From positions 620,001-684,000 of the forward strand of contig NW_026938498.1 in NCBI RefSeq assembly GCF_032062105.1: 64,000 nucleotides of DNA. Reading direction: 5' to 3'. Below, in pieces: positions 11,816 to 25,622 of this stretch. The notes beneath the pieces are model-generated. The model had not been told where the DNA came from. It saw only the letters and a list, made by a program, of their open reading frames with translations, and made no database searches. How positions within the stretch are numbered: the stretch's first letter is position 1; every line of letters starts with the position of its first letter. Source of the DNA: Saccostrea cucullata. Taxonomy: Eukaryota. The translations under genes and the position numbers were made by a program.

Positions 11816-14463
11816 ATATGAGTCAATATGACATCATTATGAGAAGAGAAATAACTAAAAAGTAACTATAACGGAAAAGAACAAAAAAAAATATTACTTT
11901 AAATTCGATTTCAAGGGAAAAAGTGTTCTATTTTATTTAAATCGTAAAGTCGGTCCCTAAGAAATGAACGTGAGAAATGTGAGAAGGCAAATCTAATAAA
12001 CTCACTGTAATTCGAAATTTTATGCTTGGGGATTGGCATACAAGAGATCTTAAATGTACAGTCTATACAAGGTAATCTATAGATTCACTCTATAGTGCAT
12101 ATAGATTTGTCTGTTCTGTGAAATAGACATAAACAAATACGATGCATAAGCATCAATTAAATTCTAAAGTGCAGTCATTGATTTACATCATGTAACGTTA
12201 CATTTTGAATTTTTGGCAAAATTTCTTTTTTGAGAACCTTTAGTAGGTTAAAAGTCTGTGAGATAAGTTGTCAATTATTGCTCTTCTCTCTCGACAGAAG
12301 AAATACATGTCTCGGATAGGATTCTTGCTTGAGAGATTTTTGTAATCCCAGTCACCGATGCCTTGTTTGTCTCTTTCTCCCATTCATGACCGTTGCTCTA
12401 GAAATCATTAACAGCAACGCCATTAGAAACTGTGCGATATATTGTACTGCTCAAATTACTTTTCCAAAGTTATTTAATAGGTTTTTCTTTTTTCGAGACC
12501 CGAAATGTTATCCTTCCTCTGTCATTGAATATGTGTTATTAAAATAAATAATGTATCTTCGTATGATAGATCTAACAGGGTATTCATTCATCAAACCTCA
12601 GGGGCATACTGTATTACTAAGCTGTTAAATGATTAGATATTTCTGAAAATACATGAATTTCCAGATATAGCATGCTCGAAAAAGCGCGGTTTCTTGACTA
12701 TTTTCGTTAAGGGCTCTAGAATTTGGTTATTAATGTAAAATCTCACACCATTTTTGATAGATATCGTATTTAAAGAAAGAAAACCAAATATCTGATTCCT
12801 TACAATGGGAGCAGATTTTCTCCAGAATGCAAGATTAATTAGACGGGATCGTGTGTTTGTTTGCAAAACTGATAGACAGATATCTCATTCCATGAATCTT
12901 AATAATAGCAGTATTGGGCAATAAGTAATTTATAAGATTAACATATTTATGCATATCATGGTTACCAAATATAATTAGTCTAGAAATTAATTTCAGACAT
13001 ATGGCATCTAAAGTAAGAATAGAAAATCATCGGGGAGGGGAACGTAATCAACTCTGAGAATACATTCAATTTTCTCTGATATAGGCTTGCTGAAGATAAA
13101 AGCAGGAATTAAAACAGGCGCAGATACTATTGAATAACTCTTTTATCTACCCAAAACTTAGACGGTTTTTATATCAAACTCTTTATGAGATGATGATCAA
13201 TAAAAATAAATATCATGGATAATGAAATTGGTAGAACTGAAAAACCTTGTATCTTTGTTAATAATGGAGACATAATCAAATGACGATAGAGGTGAATTTG
13301 ATCGAAAATGAAACGTGTTTGGTTGTGCATGTGATAAATGCTATGTATTGCATTTACACATTTTCCATAGTCTACAGAAATGTGGATTGGTTCATTATGC
13401 AACTTACTAAAACCTTTAGCGAAAAACATCTAATGAAATCCAGGATAAAGAAAATATAACCTGAAGAATCTTGTCTCCAAAATATCTGTATCACATCTCC
13501 ACTGACCTTGACATATTCTCTAAGTTTTCTCCCAGAGATTAATGGCATCGATACGACTGAATCAGAAACTTTATGGTCGAGAGTCTGCCTTTTAATTATT
13601 TCTTCTTTCAAAAAGCTTAAACAAGAATAAAAAGCACAGGATGTTGTATAACACAAGTTACTTTATATCAAATTAGTGATCGGCACTTAGAACAAAATAG
13701 TTTTTCACTCTCTTGGTGTTGAATGAGCTTTCAATTGTGTAATAAAATGAGCAGATTAAAATAATGATAACTGTTAAGAAATCTCTCACGTGGTTTCTTT
13801 ACTCTTTTTGAACATCTTTATTGTATTTCTTGATAAATTTCAAGGAACATGTACTTTAAGTTTAGCAAAATGTTACAATTTTGACTTTTCCTATAATTAT
13901 TCTGCTTTGGAGCCTTGTAGTAATTATTTCATGAATCAATGAATACCGTTTTAATTATATTTTATATTATATTACAAGCATACATGTTACAACGAATCCG
14001 AGAAGTATTTTTGAAGTCCAATATTACGATTGCGTTTTAGGAAAACTAATTGAAAACTGTTCGTTATCGCCATATATTTCTTTAGCTTTAATTGCACATC
14101 CTCCACAGCTGGTCCCTCTTTAAATAGCTAAAAGAACCTATGAATAAGGTGAACCTTTGCAATTTATTTCCTTACTTACTTTGAGAATATTGTGATTTTA
14201 AGGTTATCTGCTTTTCAAGCACACACAATCACTCTTGAAATTATAACTTAAGTAAAAACCCTTCAAATTAAAGCTTGAAATAAAAACTATTTGATTCAGG
14301 CAGCAATTTTCATTCTGTGCATCGCATCTCAAAATGTTCAAGGTTTCTTGGAGATAAGAAACGATCTGTTAAAAGTTATCAACTTACCATTTCAAAAATG
14401 CATGTTAAGAAAACCCTAAGGCTTACTTTTTAAATCTAACTTTATATTCCAATGTATAGATAA

Positions 14464-14900
14464 TATAGAGGTTAAGCAGATGACCGTGTACGTCTACGTG
14501 TACGTGTAGCTAGGGAAATCCCTGCGATTTACGTCATCAGTTTTGCATACCGCGTAATTCTACAAGTTGTACACAACGTGTAGATTTGCAAGTACACGTA
14601 TATGAGAACTTGTAGTTTCTAAAGCACAAACTACAGAATATATATTTTTCAGCCGTTGTTTGGTATGAAGTTGAGAGTTTATTACGTACATCCAATGCAT
14701 CTTTTTTATTTCAAGTCATAGATTTATTTGATACAAATGGATTATAAAGTGCCTTGTTGAAATAACGTTTTACACGTACCGGTACACGTGCAGTTTGTTA
14801 AAGAGAAAACTACGATAGTTACATGTACGCGTACACGTAAAATCACTTCTAGGTGTACACGTACAAGTGGACGTACACGGTGAAATGCTTAACCTCTCTA
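14464..14900 (+). mobile_element. MITE with ~30-bp TIRs (possibly hAT-like)
   Basis: tatagaggttaagcagatgaccgtgtacgtc / gacgtacacggtgaaatgcttaacctctcta, rich in acgtgtac/gtacacgt modules. No clear TSD. Confidence 0.75.
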
Positions 14901-17900
14901 ACATTAAATAAGAATAAAATTCTGTTGTTCATATTTTCGATGGAAGAACTATATATAAGCTTCGATTTAATCAAAATTACATTATTGTTCTCCTGTACAA
15001 TAATGATTGTATATTGGATTGTATATAGAAGTCAGATTATTGACTGGCAAAAAAGCGGAACCAATATAAAATGGTCACTGTTTTTTTTTTTTTTTGGTTT
15101 TTTTAAATTTATTCCAGAAAGTAAAGAATGTAGGAGAATTCACACGAAGGTAATCAATAACCATTATGTTATAATCAGTCAATCAGACACTTCTAAAAGA
15201 CATACTACATCGATTGTTTCTTGTGCAAATATTTCCTTTCTTTAAATCTAAAGCTACAACCATCAGCTCCATCACTCGAGACCGCATGTTGGTTTCCTTT
15301 TGGAAATAAGCGAACGTTTTTCAATCAGAAGACAAAACAACATCTCAAATCATTCAAATTCAAATTATCCGAAACATTTTCCACACAAATCCATTTAGGG
15401 ATAAAGGATAATCCTTTGAACTTATACTTGCCTCATGAAATTCAAGGATTGTCACTTTCTTCCGAAATCTGTGCAATAAGCTAATTTTCGTACATCGAAG
15501 TGAACAAAAAAAGAGATTTACATACATGTATTTTGTTTGCTTTGCAAAGTACATGTTCCTTTAAGTTACATTTCAATACAACAGAATATAATAACACGTT
15601 TACTTGTATCTTGTTTGAAAAAGGATGAAGCTAAAAAGGATATATGTAATTAATAAACAATTGGGTATGAGCATCCATTTGTGAAGTTTCAAGACTTATT
15701 TGTCAACCATGCTTCAGTACATTAAACCAAATAGAATTTTTATACTAATGAAATTAAAACATTTTCTAATATACTCAGATTGAAAATTAATTATTATAAG
15801 TATAGAATATCTAGGCGAGTATTCAAGTATTGTTCCAGTAAAGTTTTTGAAGCAATATCGTATTATATGTTTTTATAAATACTGTATAGTATAAAATTTT
15901 TGCATTTCAGTGAGAATCAAGTGCAATCTAGGGTTGTTTAGTGCAAACAATGCATTGCTTTTATATTCTAATAAAGTCAATGATGTTCCCCAATATCATT
16001 ACAAATTGTTCATGTATGGAGTATTGACATATTTATTTGGTGCTATTTGAGGTTATAATCTTTTATGCCCGGTATTAGTATCATCTTAAAATTTTTATAT
16101 GTCCTTTGAAAATACACAGAAGAAAGGCATTACGAAAAAAAACCTTAAAAGAAAGAAACGAGACCTTAGGGCATAAAAACGTCTAGTAGAGCAATAGCTC
16201 TGGTTCCAAATACTCATAAAAAATATCGACTAAAACCACGAGCCTAGGTTTTTTTTTCCTTGCGAATGTTTTTTTTTATTTTAAAAAACATAATCATGTT
16301 TTGATCTTTTATTTGTTGATCATGTTTTATTTCTATTGAAAAGGAAAAATTTCTTTAGAAATGGCAATTATGTGAGTGAGAAGAAATCAATGAGTTTTCT
16401 AAAACCTAGAGAATATTCAAAGATGTTTGCTGTTGAAACCATAATTAGATTTGCGAACACATCAGGTTGGAATGACTTCAGCTTCTACATCCAAAACTAT
16501 TCCTCGCTTTTTCTTTTAGTTTTTGTCTATTTTGGGATATCTTCAATAACTTCTAATGTCAAGCATTTCTATATGTGACCTAGCTTTGAGGTTGAGATCT
16601 TCTCCAATTAGTCATTTGGTCTTTTTGGTCTTAATGGCAGAACGGCGATTAAAGAGTTGTACGCGGTCTCCCGCTCTCCCAGCATGTACCATTTTTGACA
16701 AACCTTACAGCTGATTATATGTAAGTATTTGTCAGTTTGACTGAATAGATTTCCTTATATTCAATAGTGTGGTCTGTAACTGGGATATTAAAACTGTCTA
16801 TGTCAGAACTGTGCTTACATAGCATAGAAAGCATCTTCTGTCAGAACCAGTTTTTTAAAACTCCCATTAGGTAATGGGTTTTCCAATTTAGTTCTCACAA
16901 TCATATTTTCTAAGTTCTATTGGCGCCTAGAGGCAACCAATAAAGGTTCCTTAAAGACCTCTGTAATTATTTTCTAAGAATAAAATCTTGCACAGTCCAT
17001 CGTTAAAATTGTTAAGAACGGGATGTATGCTTTACTTTTGAACCATGCTGCTCTTGCCTTTCTCCTTGTTTCGAGAAATGACGGGATAATTCGTAGACAA
17101 TTCATGCAGAACAATACACTTAAAAAAACGTCCATTTGCATTTGACTTAAAATTCGTTTGTCGGGCTCTGCCATCTTATCAACAGCGATTTGTACAGTAT
17201 GGGCTTAGTAGCCTCTATTACATAAATGGAACATGAAAAGGTTGCTTTACTTTCTTTTGGATACAACACATTCTACTAGTCATTGTGTATTTGTTTGTAA
17301 AATATTTTTTGTTTGTAAAAAATGTCGACCTCTCTTTGTATTTGGATGTTTTCTTTTTTCTTCTTTAATCAAAAAATCTTTTTGATCTGTTTCGTTGTTT
17401 TTCTTTTTTTATGTTTTGTATTTGTATTTTATTTATATATTATATTTTGTTTCAAAAATGCAAATCAAGAACAAATTTTAGTTCTGTAAATGGATCTCTG
17501 TACTAGCTTAAGGAAAGTTTGCATGTTTTGTTAGACTAAAATATCAAAATGGGACAAAATGTCGGGAAAATACACATGTTTTTAGAAAGAACTTCTTTAT
17601 TTTCATTCCTTAATACATTATTGATACATTTATACATTTATACATATATAATGAATCACTTAAAATAATCCAATAACTCCTTATAACAACCACATTAGCA
17701 TTTCTTGTAGACATTTTTAGAACATTGCATACCCATCTTACCAATACACACAAAACAACTTAGAACCAAAAAGTTAATAATTTTTTTATTTTCTTTCCAA
17801 ATACTAGTACCTTAATATTGACAAAGTAACTCATCAAATGAAATTCATCATGATGTAAGTACTATGTAGTATGCGTTTAATTATTTCCAGACGCTCGTTT

Positions 17901-20900
17901 CCCAATTGAAATAATTCCTTCAATATTTTCAATGGTTCACTATGGATTTTATTGACGGCAGACTAACATCGATTCAAGCTTTAGGTCAACTAAACCGCGT
18001 TTGATTGTTATATTCTCAACGCATCTTAGATTTTGCGGTCTGCTCTTACAAGCAAGAGAAGGACCAAGAAAAACATTAATTTGTTGGAATTGAACCCTTT
18101 TATTCTTCGGTATACCACTTTCACGTGGATAAATACAGGATATTAACTAGAGGAGAATATACTTAACGTAAGTCACCTCTCATATCTATTTGGACTCTTT
18201 TAAAATGGTGTTGCCTCAGTATGTACTGAATTATATTATATGAGTTCAGTTATAGAAATGCAATTTCGATAACACATATCTTTTTCTGATTTTATTTAAT
18301 CAAGATATTAACTTATTATTTTAAGTATTTTGTTTTCGTAAGATTTCATACTTCTACATGTACTTTCAGAAAATATTACATGGTAATATTATTTTATCTC
18401 TGTAAATAATAAGAACAGATTTATTTCAATCAATGAAAACAGATGATGCGCTAGCTTACAAAGTTTAAGCAATATTTCAACCATGCTATCACAGAATGAG
18501 AGAATCGTCAAAACTTCAGATTGTCTATCATAATTTGCATGTTATTCGTAATATTGTGTTTTTTCTGTCTTATTATTAATTTTTTTTTCGAAATCAATTT
18601 TAAGCGTCGGAATTAGATTCTATCTTGTCCTTTAGAAAGCAAAAATATGCTGATTTGTAAATTTCAGAGAGATTGAATACACAGAAATGCGTTGCATATC
18701 GATTTTTGAAAAATGGCTGGCATTAAAACAGTAGGCCCAATTGCACAAGTATAAGCCTAAGAACACACTCGAGAGAAATACGGAATAATCTAAATAAGTT
18801 TATATTTATAATTTCATGCTAGAATAAAAATGTACATGATGTTTTCAACGATTTCTATACAATATTCTTGTTATCTACCTTTGTTTCTGGTTTTGTTTCT
18901 CTTGCATCCATTGTATCAATAATATTTACACAGTTTCGACCAGTCAATTGTGTACAATAGAAGAGTGCATTGTCATTTCAAAAACAAAAGAAACATCTGC
19001 AGCATTGTTCTTTTGTTTTTATTTGATCCATATTTCTGTACCAGATGCTGGAGTATCTGGTCACACATATAGACATTTATAATTAATGACAAGGTATTCT
19101 TGATAAGTTCAAACCTATTCTGACTTTTATGTATCTGTCATGTTTTAAATATTACAAATGGCGTATTGAAGTATTGAAGAATAAAGAAGTATTGATTTAT
19201 TTATCAATAATTGATATTGATATCGGCCCAAAATGTAAATGATATAGTTTTTCTTGGCTTGAATAAGAAAAGAACAGCGTTGAACAATTCAGATTCTTTC
19301 TATGCTGAATTATCCGAACGTGACAATTTCTGAAGGTTGCATAGTTTGTCAGGCAACATTTATGATAAATTTTAAACTTTTATAAATTAGTATTTTATAA
19401 CATCAATGACCCTTTTTATTCCTATTCTTCCTTTTATAGCAAAGCGCTCATTCACAAGAAAGATATGTCTGTATTTGTATCCAGTTTAAGCTCAGTTTAT
19501 TCATCCCAATTCAAAAGAGTGGTACACGGGGTATATTTATCTAAATTTTGATATCAAAACATATATATATATATATATAATGTAAATATCATACACTCGT
19601 AAATTGATAGTTCAAGCGGAAATATACATACATTGCCGATACTTGCATATTAAGGCTTTGACGCAAGTTGTAGTTTTATTATATGAAACCTGTATTTATA
19701 AGGTAATCATGCTAGAGTAAGACATGTTAAATTGAAAATAAATAGGAATGAATTATAAATACACTACCACTAATGAAGGAAAATTTGCTGGTTCCGTGCT
19801 TTGTCTTGGGTGAAAATGAATAAAGATTATGTGACGATTTCAGACACTATATAAAGAGAGAAGCAATATGCTGGAATTTTGAGAAAGATTTTACATAAAC
19901 TCAAGCTCTTTTGGTAATTAAATGGAATAAGAGTATTCAAAGAAAGACACAATTCGTATAATATTAAAGGTAAGCAAGAGCTCTTAGGTTGGTTTCTTCC
20001 TATACACTTTATTTTACAATATTTATATTATATTTAGATAATTTCTTTTTATTGTTCACTAGATACATGGTATTTAAATTATTACTGTTAAAAAAACAAT
20101 GAAATTTAACATCAGTTAAAGCATTTGGGGGCATTATATTGATCGTATGTTGTTTTACACCTCGTTTGAGAATTTTGAGAATTAACTGACGTAATTCGTG
20201 TAAAAAATGCGTATATAAATGCTTGTCAAGAGTAGGGGAACGTGTCATTTATCTCCCATACCACTTTTTAAAAGTTGTAATAGGAAATGTAAAAAAATCT
20301 TCATTACACAGCGCCATTGTTAATCTCCCATAAGAGGTTTTGATCTAACTCGAGATTGTGGTTTTTCACAGAAAAACATTGACTATCATTAGGGTTGCCC
20401 AACTCATATATCTACACTCGCTCCATTACTTCAATCTTAATTGCACAGTGTTCCCTTTAGTTAACGTCTTGATTATACGAATATTTTGACTATACAGATA
20501 TTCATTCTGTTTCCTCGTCTTTTTCGTGATAATTTTCCACTTTTTTTTTTCATAGTTCAAACTGTGTCCTAGATTTTTAGGCAAGCATGTACATTGGTCT
20601 TAATACGATAAACATTTGAACAACAGCATAGAAAGTTATCGTAAATGCACAATATATGCTCTGTAAGATCCATTGGGCTGAATGTCATGAAAGTTGTAAA
20701 ACAATTTAGGTGAAACATTGATTCACTTTCTGTATAATGATGTGAAAATACAATCTGAAGCGTACAAGGTTTATAGATAATTGGTGAATTCGAAAATGAA
20801 GTTTGGATGCTAATCTTCTGGACTGGCATCACTTCCCGTTAATTAGATAGTTCTTGAAGTTGGAAATTCTCACACTCACTCTGTAATTTTTATTCCGGTA

Positions 20901-21437
20901 GATAGCACTAATTCCCACCCTAAAGATTTCTTGTGTTTTATCTCTATAAAAAATATTACGTTAAACTAAGTTAACCTCCTTTTTAGCCTTTAAGACTGAA
21001 AGTCTTGTCATTGGCATATTTTGAGGATTTTTTAAAAGTGGCATTTAATCCATCTTAGACCATATTGTTCTTTTATAACAATTGGTTTTGTCAACCAAAT
21101 TCAAAATCCATGCATGTGAATATTACAAAGTTCCTTCAAACACCTAAACATTTTTTTTTTAGAATTCTATTGCTGTACTTTGATATTTGCATTCTGTAAG
21201 GTACGTTTTTGAAAATTTAATTTCCCTTAAATATAAGTTAAAGCATTTCGGGGCATTAGATTGATTGTACGTTGTTTTACACCTCGTTTGAGAATTTTTC
21301 ACTCATATAGAGACGTCCACATGGACCAGTGGAGGTTTTGATTTGAAAGTCCTTTACTCAATACCATTGAAAAGTGAGGTACATGTATCGGGTAAATGGG
21401 AAAAAAAATCCGAAAAAAGACATTATGTAGATAATGG

Positions 21438-21830
21438 CTTAACATGAGTATGACTTAATGATAGACTGTATTTGCTGACAAGGTATTATAGTATATCATT
21501 AAGTGTCTTCATTACAAATGCGTCCCCCTCTTTGTTTTGCTTATTGATATTTTTTCTCTGAGATTTTACATCAGTGACTTAATGATAGACTGTATTTGCT
21601 GACAATTAAGGTATTATAGTATATCATTAAGTGTCTTCATTACAAATGCGTCCCCCTCTTTGTTTTGCTTATTGATATTTTTTCTCCGAGACTTAACATC
21701 AGTGACTTAATGATAGACTGTATTTGCTGACAATTAAGGTATTATAGTATATCATTAAGTGTCTTCATTACAAACGCGTCCCCCTCTTTGTTTTGCTTAT
21801 TAGTTATTGATATTTTTTCTCTCTGAGACT
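21438..21830. repeat. Minisatellite, three copies of a 124-128-bp unit
   Basis: tgacttaatgatagactgtatttgctgaca starts at 21451, 21575 and 21703; units nearly identical. Confidence 0.95.
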
Positions 21831-22903
21831 ATTTGCTCTGCCGCTAAATTTATCTTTCTGACACATTCTGAAGAGTCTATCACATAATACAATGCAGTCT
21901 ACATGAGCAGCAAAACACCCTGAATATAAATCGGATTTTTTTTTGTTTTTTTTTTGTTTTTTGTTTTACATACCTGCAATCTGTATATGCTGTCGTCAGG
22001 TAGTTATTAATTATTAATTTAAATGTCAACTCCATTTATTCAAAACTCTTACTGTAATATAAAGGAGTGAAAATGTGTTTCGGATATGTCTTATTTTGGG
22101 GTTATTTATTTTCTCAGTTGAATGTGAAAAAAAAATGAAAGTTTGAAAAATTAATTTTATTAGCAGTTATCTACTTAATAGCTGATTTTATTACCGACAG
22201 TGATGGAAATGTATACAATTTTCATTAGTCTATAAGAAAAACTCTCAGGGTCATTCTGGAAGTGGTGTAGCAATTGTTTTCAATCTATAAAATCATAATT
22301 GAATTGTGTCCTTTAATATTCATATTTCATTGTACTCTGATTTCATAGCTACATGTTTATAAGGATACCAATTAAAGAACTAATATAAATTTTCGGTAAT
22401 ATTAAAAATAAAACTTCATACTTTGAAACTCATGGGTTTTGGGGAATTACTATTCAGGGACTTTTTAAAGTTGTTATCTACCTAGCAAACGTTTATGAAA
22501 TAAACTAAATATTTCAATTTCTGTAATAGACTCGACACATTTCCGTCTCACAGTTATTTTACCTTGGGAATATTTTAAGCGGATTTTCTTACCCCAACTA
22601 CAAGTTAGAGATTTTTTTTATTAAACTAGGGAACAAGTCCGTCATAAAACACTTTACGTAGTATCACTATCAAAAGCACATTTTCCATCGGGGCGTTAAT
22701 TTTTCAAAATGTCTATTTTTGCGAACTTTACAAAGATAATATCATTCAAAACTATTTTTGGTGAAAGAAACGTTGTCCATAAAGCCACAATTTCATTACC
22801 AAACTCATATGCGCAAGATTCAAATGCTAGTAAAATATCAACCAAGATACATGTAATTGAACATGCGATTTAAAGAAAATCCTGAATACTTTACATCTTT
22901 TAC

Positions 22904-23875
22904 TGAATGGTATCATAATGAATCTCGGAAAAGTAAACGGTAATTCATTCGATTTTATGCATATACCAAGCAGATCAAAAATGTCATATTGTTATTTAAA
23001 CGAAAAAGAAGGTACAGTTTGGGCTTTATTGTGCGCTAAAAATTTAATGTTCTTAAAAACTTATGAAATTGGCTTTAACAATAATTGAGTAGATGAATAT
23101 GATAAATCTTTAAAGAATATGGCATGAAGGAGGACCATTCTGAAAATATGACGTCACTAATTTGGTATATCTGTATGTTTAAAGCAGAAAAGTCTCAGAA
23201 TGACTCATTTCTGTGCTTATTTTCCTTTAGAAAATAGTGTCTGCCACCGTCGCCCGTTTCAATTTTTGGATATATTATGTAGACTGCTTTGAAAAATCCC
23301 ATATAAATCTCAAAATCTTTGTGGGCGACGGTGGAAGAGTATGTTTTCTGAAAGAAAATTCCACTGAAAATTGGTGTCTTCTGCAACGTTTTAAGAAAAT
23401 ACGGGAAAATGCACAAGTTAATGACGTCAGAATTAGAATTTAGGAGGTCATATGAAAAAAACGATTTGTGTATTCTTACTACATGGAATTCCTATGATTC
23501 AGAAAGAATTAATCTAAATTTCTTATATCACTTTAATATTTTTGAAAAATACAGGACTTAATTTGTATTGAATGGTATCATAATGAATCTCGGAAAAGTA
23601 AACGGTAATTCATTCGATTTTATGCATATACCAAGCAGATCAAAAATGTCATATTGTTATTTAAACGAAAAAGAAGGTACAGTTTGGGCTTTATTGTGCG
23701 CTAAAAATTTAATGTTCTTAAAAACTTATGAAATTGGCTTTAACAATAGTTGAGTAGATGAATATGATTTGTGTATTCTTACTACATGGAATTCCTATGA
23801 TTCAGAAAGAATGAATCTTAATTGCTTATATCACTTTAATATTTTTGAAAAATACAGGACTTAATTTGTATTGAA
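22904..23875. repeat. Complex local duplication A-X-B-A-B
   Basis: A 22904-23103 is near-identical to 23569-23768; B 23463-23572 is near-identical to 23766-23875. Confidence 0.9.
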
Positions 23876-24529
23876 ACTGTACTTTGTTCTTTGTTATCAC
23901 GTAATCTGTTATATTACTGATATGGTGAGAGACTGTGAAAGCATTGGAGATGATATTGAATATGGTTTTGATTAAAACAGTATGCATGAATCACAGAGAA
24001 CAAAAATTCAACTTATATTGTTATTTATAAACAAATTTGTATCAAGTAATCTGTTGTTTAACTGATATGGTGTGAAATTGTGTTTGGAAGCATTTAAGAT
24101 GATATTTAATATGGTTTCAATAAAAGCAATATCCGTAAGAGTATAAAGTAATTGGACATGAATAAACCCTATGCCCTAGATATCTGAGGTGTTACTTTGC
24201 AAAAAGCTTTGACAAGCACTTTTTGTCCTTTTAATGGAATTCCTCTGAGACCGGATGTCGGGTCCGCGAAGAATATCGGGTAATGGTTAATTATTTACAC
24301 TCGATCATAACTTAAGTCTCGTGTGGTTGTAATACACAACATTTCCTGTTGATTCCAGCCTCTAATGACCTTGCAATTTGCAGTCCCAACAACAGAAATA
24401 TTTTTGTTTATGTACAATGGTTACATGTAGGAGTGTCATAAAAATATTACGCGACATTTTCCTGTTTTATTTTTAGGTAATCTATTCTTCAATTAAGACT
24501 TAGAAAAGTTGGTGTAAAAATATTCAACT

Positions 24530-24830
24530 GACAGGTTGTTTGCTGTTTAATTCCCCATTCGAAAAGTTTCTGTGTCATTAAGGGATGTCACCATATAGCA
24601 TTGAAGGTTTTCAACGTTAGACCTATTCCCCGCGTTCTTCATTGGGAGTGAGGGCTCTTAACTTGCTAATCCCTACCATGACATCTCTCTTGAAAGAAAT
24701 AATCTAAAACATCCGTAATTTTCACTTAATATGCTTGGTCTGGTGCCTGGAAAAGGAACAGTCCTTACCTATGTTTTCGTCTTAGGTTTGACGCAACACA
24801 GAAAACAAGGCTCGAACCAGCTACGGCCAC
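24530..24830 (-). mobile_element. Degenerate SINE
   Basis: ttgtttgctgtttaattccccattcgaaaagttt..ggatgtcacca..ttgaaggttt..ttagaccta resembles the SINE tail at 56840-56940; ctcgaacc is a B-box remnant. Confidence 0.5.
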
Positions 24831-24939
24831 CAGTTTACGTACAGTGAGTTCCTTCTCTTAGGTATAAATGACCAGTCAAAATGGGTCTCTTATTTATTCA
24901 TATAAAGCAGAATCAATGCAAAAAAAATCATATGAAGAA

Positions 24940-25622
24940 AAACTTTTCAAGTGACCTTCTTTTTGATATTTAGATTTAGCGACGACGTATATTCAATAAT
25001 GTTATTTTTATCCAGATTCGATTGGATATATCCCATTGCTTAAAATAAAAGATACCACAGAGTCTGACATATATTTGTTTTATATTTGGATATATTTTAC
25101 TAGAGAGAGACTTAGTGGTAACCTAAAAGCAAAACTTATTGATAAATGCCGACTTAAATTTTTCTATCGCCAACTCTCCTACCTCTCGCAGCAATAAACT
25201 CTTATCACCCCCATATGGATTACTTTCTCTGTGTTTATTTGATACTCACGAGCACGCAATACGTACAAACAATTTCTAAAACAAAGTTGATGAAACAAGG
25301 CTGTACAAAGTCTCGTTTAGTCATTAATTCGCAAGTTCTATCATTGATAAAAGGACCTAAATTACAATTTTCCATTTAGTTGAATGCTGACTGACGCTTT
25401 CCGTAGAATTGTAGGACCATTTTTTAAACAATAAATTGTCGACGGATTTTTTTTTAGTCTGTCCGATCATGACAAGGGACACACTGCACGGATCGATGAA
25501 CAGGAGATACTTAATCCTCCATGGCATCTGATCCCAATCTGATGTAATTTTAAGAGGTCCCCGTTTGCTCCGTTCTCGTTTGTTTTGTTTTAAATGGACT
25601 TTTGAGCTTGACTACTGTTCGG
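24940..25622 (+). mobile_element. Penelope-like retroelement fragment (RT YIDD region to 3' end)
   Basis: FRFSDDV (degenerate FRYIDDV), KIKDTTESD, NFSIANSPTS, LIRYSRAR; 3' end aatcctccatggcatctgatccca..ggtcc shared with other copies. Confidence 0.7.

Noticed and set aside
13169-13656. Two overlapping minus-strand ORFs (86 and 94 aa)
   Set aside because: No recognisable motif or convincing splice structure; non-ATG starts.
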